Source: the human T2T-CHM13v2.0 reference genome, Homo sapiens
Assembly (NCBI RefSeq): GCF_009914755.1
Contig: NC_060925.1
Length of the DNA: 64,000 nucleotides
Reading direction: 5' to 3' (one strand)
The translations under genes and the position numbers were made by a program. The notes under the pieces are model-generated. The model was given only the letters and a program-made list of their open reading frames with translations. It made no database searches and was not told the origin of the DNA. Below, piece by piece: positions 51,601 to 64,000 of the stretch (position 1 is its first letter; every line of letters starts with the position of its first letter).

Positions 51601-54600
51601 TGCTCTATGAAAAGCAATGTTATACTCTGGGAGTTGAACACAAGCCTCACAAAGGAGTTTCTGAGAATGTTTCTGTTTACTTTTTACGTGAGGATATTCC
51701 CGTTTCTAAAGAAGTCTTCACAGAGTTCCACCTATCCATTTGCAGATGCTAGCAAAAGAGAGTTTCAAAACTGCTCCATCAAAAGGAATGTTCAACTCTG
51801 TGAGTTGCATGCAATCATCACAGAGAAGTTTCTGAGAAGGCTTCTGTCTAGATTTTATGTGAAGATATAGCCGTTTCGAACGAAGGCCACAAAGTGCTCC
51901 AAATATCCACTTGCAGGTCCTCCAAAAAGAGTGTTTCAAACGTGAACTACCAAAGGAAGGCTCAACTCTGGACTTTGAAGGCCAACGTCAGAAGGATGTT
52001 TCTGCAAAAGCTTCTGTTTAGTTAGGTGACGTTATCCCGTTTCCAACGAAATCCTCAGAGAGGTCCAAATATCCACCTGCAGAGTCTACAAAAAGTGTGT
52101 TTCCAAACTGCTCCACCCAAAGGAATGTTCAGCTCTGTGAGTTGAACTCAATCGTCCCAAAGTATTTTCTGAGAATGCTTCTGTCCAGTTTTTACATGAA
52201 GCTGTTTCCTTTACTACCGTAGGCCTCAAAGCGTTCCAAACCTCCACTTGCAGATACTACGAAAAGAGCGTTTCAACCTGAACTCACAAGGGAAGGTTCA
52301 ACTCTGTCAGTTGAATGCCAACATCACCAAGAACTTCTGAGAATGTTCCTCTTCAGTTACGTGAGGTTTATCCCGTTTCCAACGAAATTCTCACAGAAGT
52401 CCCAAAATCCACTTGCATATTCCACAAAAGGTGTGTTTGGAAAATGCGCCATCAAAAGATATGCTCAGCTCTGTGAGTTAAACTCAATCATCGCAAAGAA
52501 TTTTCTGAGAATGCTACCGTCTTGTTTTTAGATGAAGTTCTTTCCTTTACTACGATAGGCCTCAAGGAGGTCCAAATCTCCAGTTGCAGATTCTGCAGAA
52601 GGAGTGTTTCAAACCTGAACTGTCAGAGAAAGGTTCAACACTGTGAGTTGAATGCAAGCATCACGAAGAAGGTTCTGAGAATGCTTCTGTTTACGTAGGT
52701 GACTTTTCTCCCGTATCCAACGAAATCCTCAGAGCGGTCCAAATCTCCACTTGCAGATTCTACACAAAGTGTGTTTGGAAACTGCTCCACCCAAAGGAAT
52801 GTTCAGCTCTGTGAGTTGAACTCAATGGTCACAAAGCGTTTCCTGGGAATGCTCCTGTCTCGCTTTTATGTGCAGTTATATCCTCTACTGCCATAGGCCT
52901 CAAAGCTGTCCAAATCTCCCCTTTCAGATTCTACCAAAAGTGTGTTTCCAAACGGCCCCATCAAAGGGGATGTTCAACTCGGTGACTTGAATGCAATCAT
53001 CACAAAGCAGCTTCTGAGAATGCTTCCATGTAGCTCTGATGAGAAGATATTTCCTTTTCCACCCCAGGCCTCGAAGCCCCCCAAATGTCCCCTTGCAGAT
53101 GCTAGAAAGAGGGGGTTTCAAAGCTGCTCTATCAAAAGGAAAGTACAACTCTGTGAGTTGAATGCAAACATCACAAGGAAGTTCCTGAGCGTGCTTCCGT
53201 TTAGCTTTTACGGGAAGATTATCCCTTTTCCATCGAAATGTTCAAAGAGGTCCACATATCCGCTTGCAGATTCCACCGAAAGAGTGTTTCCAAACTGCTG
53301 CATCCAAAGGAATCCTCAGCTCCGTGAGTTGAATGCAATCATCACCAAGAAGTTTCTGACAATGCTTCTCTCTAGTTTTTATGTGAAGATATTTCCTTTT
53401 CCACCGCAGGCCTGAAAGCGCTCCAAATGTCCACTTGGAGGCTCTACGAAAAGAATGTTTCAAAACTGCTCTATGAAAAGAAATGTTATATTCTGGGAGT
53501 TGAACACAAGCCTCACAAAGGAGTTTCTGAGAATGCTTCTGTTTACTTTTTACGTGAGGATATTCCCGTTTCCAAAGAAGACTTCACAGAGTTCCACCTA
53601 TCCATTTGCAGATGCTAGCAAAAGAGAGTTTCAAAACTGCTCCATCAAAAGGAATGTTCAACTCTGTGAGTTGCATGCAATCATTACAGAGAAGTTTCTG
53701 AGAAGGCTTCTGTCTAGATTTTATGTGAAGATATAGCCGTTTCGAACGAAGGCCACAAAGTGCTCCAAATATCCACTTGCAGGTCCTCCAAAAAGAGTGT
53801 TTCAAACGTGAACTACCAAAGGAAGGCTCAACTCTGGACTTTGAATGCCAACGTCAGAAGGATGTTTCTGCGAAAGCTTCTGTTTAGTTAGGTGACGTTA
53901 TCCCGTTTCCAACGAAATCCTCAGAGAGGTCCAAATATCCACCTGCAGAGTCTACAAAAAGTGTGTTTCAAAACTGCTCCACCCAAAGGAATGTTCAGCT
54001 CTGTGAGTTGAACTCAATCATCCCAAAGTATTTTCTGAGAATGCTTCTGTCCAGTGTTTACATGAAGCTGTTTCCTTTACTACCGTAGGCCTCAAAGCGT
54101 TCCAAACCTCCACTTGCAGATACTACGAAAAGAGCGTTTCAACCTGAACTCACAAGGGAAGGTTCAACTCTGTCAGTTGAATGCCAACATCACCAAGAAC
54201 TTCTGAGAATGTTCGTCTTCAGTTACGTGAGGTTTATCCCGTTTCCAACGAAATTCTCAGAGAAGTCCCAAAATCCACTTGCATATTCCACAAAAGGTGT
54301 GTTTGGAAAATGCGCCATCAAAAGATATGCTCAGCTCTGTGAGTTAAACTCAATCATCGCAAAGAATTTTCTGAGAATGCTTCCGTCTTGTTTTTAGATG
54401 AAGTTCTTTCCTTTACTACGATAGGCCTCAAGGAGGTCCAAATCTCCACTTGCAGATTCTGCAGAAGGAGTGTTTCAAACCTGAACTGTCAGAGAAAGGT
54501 TCAACACTGTGAGTTGAATGCAAGCATCACGATGAAGGATCTGAGAATGCTTCTGTTTACGTAGGTGACTTTTCTCCCGTATCCAACGAAATCCTCAGAG

Positions 54601-57600
54601 CGGTCCAAATCTCCACTTGCAGATTCTACACAAAGTGTGTTTGGAAACTGCTCCACCCAAACGAATGTTGAGCTCTGTGAGTTGAACTCAATCGTCACAA
54701 AGCGTTTCCTGGGAATGCTCCTGTCTCGCTTTTATGTGCAGTTATATCCTCTACTGCCATAGGCCTCAAAGCGGTCCAAATCTCCCCTTTCAGATTCTAC
54801 CAATGGTGTGTTTCCAAACGGCCCCATCAAAGGGGATGTTCAACTCGGTGACTTGAATGCAATCATCACAAAGCAGCTTCTGAGAAAGCTTCCATGTAGC
54901 TTTGATGAGAAGATATTTCCTTTTCCACCCCAGGCCTCGAAGCCCTCCAAATGTCCCCTTGCCGATGCTAGAAAGAGGGGGTTTCAAAGCTGCTCTATCA
55001 AAAGGAAAGTACAACTCTGTGAGTTGAATGCAAACATCACAAGGAAGTTCCTGAGCATGCTTCCGTTTAGCTTTTACGGGAAGATTATCCCTTTTCCATC
55101 GAAATGTTCAAAGAGGTCCACATATCCGCTTGCAGATTCCACCGAAAGAGTGTTTCCAAACTGCTGCATCAAAAGGAATCCTCAGCTCCGTGAGTTGAAT
55201 GCAATCATCACCAAGAAGTTTCTGACAATGCTTCTCTCTAGATTTTATGTGAAGATATTTCCTTTTCCACCGCAGGCCTGAAAGCGCTCCAAATGTCCAC
55301 TTGGAGGCTCTACGAAAAGAATGTTTCAAAACTGCTCTATGAAAAGCAATGTTATACTCTGGGAGTTGAACACAAGCCTCACAAAGGAGTTTCTGAGAAT
55401 GCTTCTGTTTACTTTTTACGTGAGGATATTCCCGTTTCCAAAGAAGTCTTCACAGAGTTCCACCTATCCATTTGCAGATGCTAGCAAAAGAGAGTTTCAA
55501 AACTGCTCCATCAAAAGGAATGTTCAACTCTGTGAGTTGCATGCAATCATCACAGAGAAGTTTCTGAGAAGGCTTCTGTCTAGATTTTATGTGAAGATAT
55601 AGCCGTTTCGAACGAAGGCCACAAAGTGCTCCAAATATCCACTTGCAGGTCCTCCAAAAAGAGTGTTTCAAACGTGTACTACCAAAGGAAGGCTCAACTC
55701 TGGACTTTGAAGGCCAACGTCAGAAGGATGTTTCTGCGAAAGCTTCTCTTTAGTTAGGTGACGTTATCCCGTTTCCAACGAAATCCTCTGAGAGGTCCAA
55801 ATATCCACCTGTAGAGTCTACAAAAAGTGTGTTTCAAAAATGCTCCACCCAAAGGAATGTTCAGCTCTGTGAGTTGAACTCAATCATCGCAAAGTATTTT
55901 CTGAGAATGCTTCTGTCCAGTTTTTACATGAAGCTGTTTCCTGTACTACCGTAGGACTCAAAGCGTTCCAAACCTCCACTTGCAGATACTACGAAAAGAG
56001 CGTTTCAACCTGAACTCACAAGGGAAGGTTCAACTCTGTCAGTTGAATGCCAACATCACCAAGAACTTCTGAGAATGTTCCTCTTCAGTTACGTGTGGTT
56101 TATCCCGTTTCCAACGAAATTCTCAGAGAAGTCCCAAAATCCACTTGCATATTCCACAAAAGGTGTGTTTGGAAAATGCGCCATCAAAAGATATGCTCAG
56201 CTCTGTGAGTTAAACTCAATCATCGCAAAGAATTTTCTGAGAATGCTTCTGTCTTGTTTTTAGATGAAGTTCTTTCCTTTACTACGATAGGCCTCAAGGA
56301 GGTCCAAATCTCCACTTGCAGATTCTGCAGAAGTAGTGCTTCAAACCTGAACTGTCAGAGAAAGGTTCAACACTGTGAGTTGAATGCAAGCATCACGAAG
56401 AAGGTTCTGAGAATGCTTCTGTTTACGTAGGTGACTTTTCTCCCTTATCCAACGAAATCCTCAGAGCGGTCCAAATCTCCACTTGCAGATTCTACACAAA
56501 GTGTGTTTGGAAACTGCTCCACCCAAAGGAATGTTCAGCTCTGTGAGTTGAACTCAATGGTCACAAAGCGTTTCCTGGGAATGCTCCTGTCTCGCTTTTA
56601 TGTGCGGTTATATCCTCTACTGCCATAGGCCTCAAAGCGGTCCAAATCTCCCCTTTCAGATTCTACCAAAGGTGTGTTTCCAAACGGCCCCATCAAAGGG
56701 GATGTTCAACTCGGTGACTTGAATGCAATCATCACAAAGCAGCTTCTGAGAATGCTTCCATGTAGCTTTGATGAGAAGATATTTCCTTTTCCACCCCAGG
56801 CCTCGAAGCCCTCCAAATGTCCCCTTGCAGATGCTAGAAAGAGGGGGTTTCAAAGCTGCTCTATGAAAAGGAAAGTACAACTCTGTGAGTTGAATGCAAA
56901 CATCACAAGGAAGTTCCTGAGCATGCTTCCGTTTAGTTTTTACGGGAAGATTATCCCTTTTCCATCGAAATGTTCAAAGAGGTCCACATATCCGCTTGCA
57001 GATTCCACCGAAAGGGTGTTTCCAAACTGCTGCATCCAAACGAATCCTCAGCTCCGTGAGTTGAAGGCAATCATCACCAAGAAGTTTCTGACAATGCTTC
57101 TCTCTAGCTTTTATGTGAAGATATTTCCTTTTCCACCGCAGGCCTGAAAGCGCTCCAAATGTCCACTTGGAGGCTCTACGAAAAGAATGTTTCAAAACTG
57201 CTCTATGAAAAGCAATGTTATACTCTGGCAGTTGAACACAAGCCTCACAAAGGAGTTTCTGAGAATGCTTCTGTTTACTTTTTACGTGAGGATATTCCCG
57301 TTTCCAAAGAAGTCTTCACAGAGTTCCACCTATCCATTTGCAGATGCTAGCAAAAGAGAGTTTCAAAACTGCTCCATCAAAAGGAATGTTCAACTCTGTG
57401 AGTTGCATGCAATCATCACAGAGAAGTTTCTGAGAAGACTTCTGTCTAGATTTTACGTGAAGATATAGCCGTTTCGAACGAAGGCCACAAAGTGCTCCAA
57501 ATATCCACTTGCAGGTCCTCCAAAAAGAGTGTTTCAAACGTGAACTACCAAAGGAAGGCTCAACTCTGGACTTTGAATGCCAACGTCAGAAGGATGTTTC

Positions 57601-60600
57601 TGCGAAAGCTTCTGTTTAGTTAGGTGACGTTATCCCGTTTCCAACGAAATCCTCAGAGAGGTCCAAATATCCACCTGCAGAGTCTACAAAAAGTGTGTTT
57701 CAAAACTGCTCCACCCAAAGGAATGTTCAGCTCTGTGAGTTGAACTCAATCATCCCAAAGTATTTTCTGAGAATGGTTCTGTCCAGTTTTTACATGAAGC
57801 TGTTTCCTTTACTACCGTAGGCCTCAAAGCGTTCCAAACCTCCACTTGCAGATACTACAAAAAGAGCGTTTCAACCTGAACTCACAAGGGAAGGTTCAAC
57901 TCTGTCAGTTGAATGCCAACATCACCAAGAACTTCTGAGAATGTTCCTCTTAAGTTATGTGAGGTTTATCCCGTTTCCCACGAAATTCTCAGAGAAGTCC
58001 CAAAATCCACTTGCATATTCCACAAAAGGTGTGTTTGGAAAATGCGCCATCAAAAGATATGCTCAGCTCTGTGAGTTAAACTCAAGCATCGCAAAGAATT
58101 TTCTGAGAATGCTTCCGTCTTGTTTTTAGATGAAGTTATTTCCTTTACTACGATAGGCCTCAAAGAGGTCCAAACCTCCACTTGCAGATTCTGCAGAAGG
58201 AGTGTTTCAAACCTGAACTGTCAGAGAAAGGTTCAACACTGTGAGTTGAATGCAAGCATCACGAAGAAGGTTCTGAGAATGCTTCTGTTTACGTAGGTGA
58301 CTTTTCTGCCGTATCCAGCGAAATCATCAGAGCGGTCCAAATCTCCACTTGCAGATTCTACACAAAGTGTGTTTGCAAACTGCTCCACCCAAAGGAATGT
58401 TCAGCTCTGTGAGTTGAACTCAATGGTCACAAAGCGTTTCCTGGGAATTCTCCTGTCTCGCTTTTATGTGCAGTTATATCCTCTACTGCCATAGGCCTCA
58501 AAGCGGTCCAAATCTCCCCTTTCAGATTCTACCAAAGGTGTGTTTCCAAACGGCTCCATCAAAGGGGATGTTCTACTCGGTGACTTGAATGCAATCATCA
58601 CAAAGCAGCTTCTGAGAATGCTTCCATGTAGCTTTGATGAGAAGATATTTCCTTTTCCACCCCAGGCCTCGAAGCCCTCCAAATGTCCCCTTGCCGATGC
58701 TAGAAAGAGGGGGTTTCAAAGCTGCTCTATCAAACGGAAAGTACAACTCTGTGAGTTGAATGCAAACATCACAAGGAAGTTCCTGAGCATGCTTCCGTTT
58801 AGCTTTTACGGGAAGATTATCCCTTTTCCATCGAAATGTTCAAGGAGGTCCACATATCCGCTTGCAGATTCCACCGAAAGAGTGTTTCCAAACTGCTGCA
58901 TCCAAAGGAATCCTCAGCTCCGTGAGTTGAAGGCAATCATCACCAAGAAGTTTCTGACAATGCTTCTCTCTAGCTTTTATGTGAAGATATTTCCTTTTCC
59001 ACCGCAGGCCTGAAAGCGCTCCAAATGTCCACTTGGAGGCTCTACGAAAAGAATGTTTCAAAACTGCTCTATGAGAAGCAATGTTATACTCTGGGAGTTG
59101 AACACAAGCCTCACAAAGGAGTTTCTGAGAATGCTTCTGTTTACTTTTTACGTGAGGATATTCCCGTTTCCAAAGAAGTCTTCACAGAGTTCCACCTATC
59201 CATTTGCAGATGCTAGCAAAAGAGAGTTTCAAAACTGCTCCATCAAAACGAATGTTCAACTTTGTGAGTTGCATGCAATCATCACAGAGAAGTTTCTGAG
59301 AAGGCTTCTGTCTAGATTTTACGTGAAGATATAGCCGTTTCGAACGAAGGCCACAAAGTGCTCCAAATATCCACTTGCAGGTCCTCCAAAAAGAGTGTTT
59401 CAAACGTGAACTACCAAAGGAAGGCTCAACTCTGGACTTTGAAGGCCAACGTCAGAAGGATGTTTCTGCGAAAGCTTCTGTTTAGTTAGGTGACGTTATC
59501 CCGTTTCCAACGAAATCCTCAGAGAGGTCCAAATATCCACCTGCGGAGTCTACAAAAAGTGTGTTTCCAAACTGCTCCACCCAAAGGAATGTTCAGCTCT
59601 GTGAGTTGAACTCAATCGTCCCAAAGTATTTTCTGAGAATGCTTCTGTCCAGTTTTTACATGAAGCTGTTTCCTTTACTACCGTAGGCCTCAAAGCGTTC
59701 CAAACCTCCACTTGCAGATACTACGAAAAGAGCGTTTCAACCTGAACTCACAAGGGAAGGTTCAACTCTGTCAGTTGAATGCCAACATCACCAAGAAGTT
59801 CTGAGAATGTTCCTCTTCAGTTATGTGAGGTTTATCCCGTTTCCAACGAAATTCTCAGAGAAGTCCCAAAATCCACTTGCATATTCCACAAAAGTTGTGT
59901 TTGGAAAATGTGCCATCAAAAGATATGCTCAGCTCTGTGAGTTAAACTCAATCATCGCAAAGAATTTTCTGAGAATGCTTCCGTCTTGTTTTTAGATGAA
60001 GTTCTTTCCTTTACTACGATAGGCCTCAAAGAGGTCCAAATCTCCACTTGCAGATTCTGCAGAAGGAGTGTTTCAAACCTGAACTGTCAGAGAAAGGTTC
60101 AACACTGTGAGTTGAATGCAAGCATCACGAAGAAGGTTCTGAGAATGCTTCTGTTTACGTAGTTGACTTTTCTCCCGTATCCAGCGAAATCCTCAGAGAG
60201 GTCCAAATCTCCACTTGCAGATTCTACACAAAGTGTGTTTGGAAACTGCTCCACCCAAAGGAATGATCAGCTCTGTGAGTTGAACTCAATGGTCACAAAG
60301 CGTTTCCTGGGAATGCTCCTGTCTCGCTTTTATGTGCGGTTATATCCTCTACTGCCATAGGCCTCAAAGCGGTCCAAATCTCCCCTTTCAGATTCTCCCA
60401 GAAGTGTGTTTCCAAACGGCCCCATCAAAGGGGATGTTCAACTCGGTGACTTGAATGCAATCATCACAAAGCAGCTTCTGAGAATGCTTCCATGTAGCTT
60501 TGATGAGAAGATATTTTCTTTTCCACCCCAGGCCTCGAAGCCCTCCAAATGTCCCCTTGCCGATGCTAGAAAGAGGGGGTTTCAAAGCTGCTCTATCAAA

Positions 60601-63600
60601 AGGAAAGTACAACTCTGTGAGTTGAATGCAAACATCACAAGGAAGTTCCTGAGCATGCTTCCGTTTAGCTTTTACGGGAAGATTATCCCTTTTCCATCGA
60701 AATGTTCAAAGAGGTCCACATATCCGCTTGCAGATTCCAGCGAAAGAGTGTTTCCAAACTGCTGCATCCAAAGGAATCCTCAGCTCCGTGAGTTGAATGC
60801 AATCATCACCAAGAAGTTTCTGACAATGCTTCTCTCTAGCTTTTATGTGAAGATATTTCCTTTTCCACCGCAGGCCTGAAAGCGCTCCAAATGTCCACTT
60901 GGAGGCTCTACGAAAAGAATGTTTCAAAACTGCTCTATGAAAAGCAATGTTATACTCTGGGAGTTGAACACAAGACTCACAAAGGAGTATCTGAGAATGC
61001 TTCTGTTTACTTTTTACGTGAGGATATTCCCGTTTCCAAAGAAGTCTTCACAGAGTTCCACCTATCCATTTGCAGATGCTAGCAAAAGAGAGTTTCAAAA
61101 CTGCTCCATCAAAAGGAATGTTCAACTCTGTGAGTTGCATGCAATCATCACAGAGAAGTTTCTGAGAAGGCTTCTGTCTAGATTTTACGTGAAGATATAG
61201 CCGTTTCGAACGAAGGCCACAAAGTGCTCCAAATATCCACTTGCAGGTCCTCCAAAAAGAGTGTTTCAAACGTGAACTACCAAAGGAAGGCTCAACTCTG
61301 GACTTTGAAGGCCAACGTCAGAAGGATGTTTCTGCGAAAGCTTCTGTTTAGTTAGGTGACGTTATCCCGTTTCCAACGAAATCCTCAGAGAGGTCCAAAT
61401 ATCCACCTGCGGAGTCTACAAAAAGTGTGTTTCCAAACTGCTCCACCCAAAGGAATGTTCAGCTCTGTGAGTTGAACTCAATCGTCCCAAAGTATTTTCT
61501 GAGAATGCCTCTGTCCAGTTTTTACATGAAGCTGTTTCCTTTACTACCGTAGGCCTCAAAGCGTTCCAAACCTCCACTTGCAGATCCTACGAAAAGAGCG
61601 TTTCAACCTGAACTCACAAGGGAAGGTTCAACTCTGTCAGTTGAATGCCAACATCATCAAGAAGTTCTGAGAATGTTCCTCTTCAGTTATGGGATGTTTA
61701 TCCCGTTTCCCACGAAATTCTCAGAGAAGTCCCAAAATCCACTTGCATATTCCACAAAAGGTGTGTTTGGAAAATGCGCCATCAAAAGATATGCTCAGCT
61801 CTGTGAGTTAAACTCAATCATCGCAAAGAATTTTCTGAGAATGCTTCCGTCTTGTTTTTAGATGAAGTTCTTTCCTTTACTACGATAGGCCTCAAAGAGG
61901 TCCAAATCTCCACTTGCAGATTCTGCAGAAGGAGTGTTTCAAACCTGAACTGTCAGAGAAAGGTTCAACACTGTGAGTTGAATGCAAGCATCACGAAGAA
62001 GGTTCTGACAATGCTTCTGTTTACATAGGTGACTTTTCTCCCGTATCCAGCGAAATCCTCAGAGCGGTCCAAATCTCCACTTGCAGATTCTACACAAAGT
62101 GTGTTTGGAAACTGCTCCACCCAAAGGAATGTTCAGCTCTGTGAGTTGAACTCAATGGTCACAAAGCGTTTCCTGGGAATGCTCCTGTCTCGCTTTTATG
62201 TGCAGTTATATCCTCTACTGCCATAGGCCTCAAAGCGGTCCAAATCTCCCCTTTCAGATTCTACCAGAAGTGTGTTTCCAAATGGCCCCATCAAAGGGGA
62301 TGTTCAACTCAGTGACTTGAATGCAATCATCACAAAGCAGCTTCTGAGAATGCTTCCATGTAGCTTTGATGAGAAGATATTTCCTTTTCCACCCCAGGCC
62401 TCGAAGCCCTCCAAATGTCCCCTTGCCGATGCTAGAAAGAGGGGGTTTCAAAGCTGCTCTATCAAAAGGAAAGTACAACTCTGTGAGTTGAATGCAAACA
62501 TCACAAGGAAGTTCCTGAGCATGCTTCCGTTTAGCTTTTACGGGAAGATTATCCCTTTTCCATCGAAATGTTCAAAGAGGTCCACATATCCGCTTGCAGA
62601 TTCCACCGAAAGAGTGTTTCCAAACTGCTGCATCCAAAGGAATCCTCAGCTCCGTGAGTTGAAGGCAATCATCACCAAGAAGTTTCTGACAATGCTTCCC
62701 TCTAGCTTTTATGTGAAGATATTTCCTTTTCCACCGCAGGCCTGAAAGCGCTCCAAATGTCCACTTGGAGGCTCTACGAAAAGAATGTTTCAAAACTGCT
62801 CTATGAAAAGCAATGTTATACTCTGGGAGTTGAACACAAGCCTCAGAAAGGAGTTTCTGAGAATGCTTCTGTTTACTTTTTACTTGAGGATATTCCCGTT
62901 TCCAAAGAAGACTTCACAGAGTTCCACCTATCCATTTGCAGATGCTAGCAAAAGAGAGTTTCAAAACTGCTCCATCAAAAGGAATGTTCAACTCTGTGAG
63001 TTGCATGCAATCATCACAGAGAAGTTTCTGAGAAGGCTTCTGTCTAGATTTTACGTGAAGAGATAGCCGTTTCGAACGAAGGCCACAAAGTGCTCCAAAT
63101 ATCCACTTGCAGGTCCTCCAAAAAGAGTGTTTCAAACGTGAACTACCAAAGGAAGGCTCACCTCTGGACTTTGAAGGCCAACGTCAGAAGGATGTTTCTG
63201 CGAAAGCTTCTGTTTAGTTAGGTGACGTTATCCCGTTTCCAACGAAATCCTCAGAGAGGTCCAAATATCCACCTGCGGAGTCTACAAAAAGTGTGTTTCC
63301 AAACTGCTCCACCCAAAGGAATGTTCAGCTCTGTGAGTTGAACTCAATCGTCCCAAAGTATTTTCTGAGAATGCTTCTGTCCAGTTTTTACATGAAGCTG
63401 TTTCCTTTACTACCGTAGGCCTCAAAGCGTTCCAAACCTCCACTTGCAGATCCTACGAAAAGAGCGTTTCAACCTGAACTCACAAGGGAAGGTTCAACTC
63501 TGTCAGTTGAATGCCAACATCACCAAGAAGTTCTGAGAATGTTCCTCTTCAGTTATGTGAGGTTTATCCCGTTTCCCACGAAATTCTCAGAGAAGTCCCA

Positions 63601-64000
63601 AAATCCACTTGCATATTCCACAAAAGGTGTGTTTGGAAAATGCCCCATCAAAAGATATGCTCAGCTCTGTGAGTTAAACTCAATCATCGCAAAGAATTTT
63701 CTGAGAATGCTTCCGCCTTGTTTTTAGATGAAGTACTTTCCTTTACTACGATAGGCCTCAAAGAGGTCCAAATCTCCACTTGCAGATTCTGCAGAAGGAG
63801 TGTTTCAAACCTGAACTGTCAGAGAAAGTTTCAACACTGTGAGTTGAATGCAAGCATCACGAAGAAGGTTCTGAGAATGCTTCTGTTTACGTAGGTGACT
63901 TTTCTCCCGTATCCAGCGAAATCCTCAGAGCGGTCCAAATCTCCACTTGCAGATTCTACACAAAGTGTGTTTGGAAACTGCTCCACCCAAAGGAATGTTC

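Overview
This window is not a gene-containing or prokaryotic region. Apart from one Alu, it is entirely primate (almost certainly human) centromeric alpha satellite: ~171-bp monomers in one orientation, organised as an 11-monomer higher-order repeat (HOR) of 1866 bp, about 34 copies. A 1869-bp haplotype dominates the left third. The A/B-box order (A,B,B,B,A,B,A,B,A,A,B), the TTCGAACGAAG-type box and the unit length fit suprachromosomal family 3 (SF3). From memory they match the chromosome 1 D1Z5 (S3C1H2) array; this was not checked against a database. All ORF-track entries are periodic by-products of the satellite or the Alu. The departures from plain periodicity are: (1) one full-length, near-consensus AluYa5 with a 14-bp target-site duplication (TSD) at 33289-33603; (2) one 15-mer HOR variant caused by a 674-bp, 4-monomer duplication; (3) two islands of a divergent, more consensus-like HOR haplotype that restore a CENP-B box broken in the other copies; (4) HOR-haplotype domains, including a ~9.33-kb (5-HOR) super-period in the centre and shared alleles between the left and far-right flanks. 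I found no evidence of a new protein-coding or CRISPR-like system; the novelty, if any, lies in array architecture and the Alu insertion.
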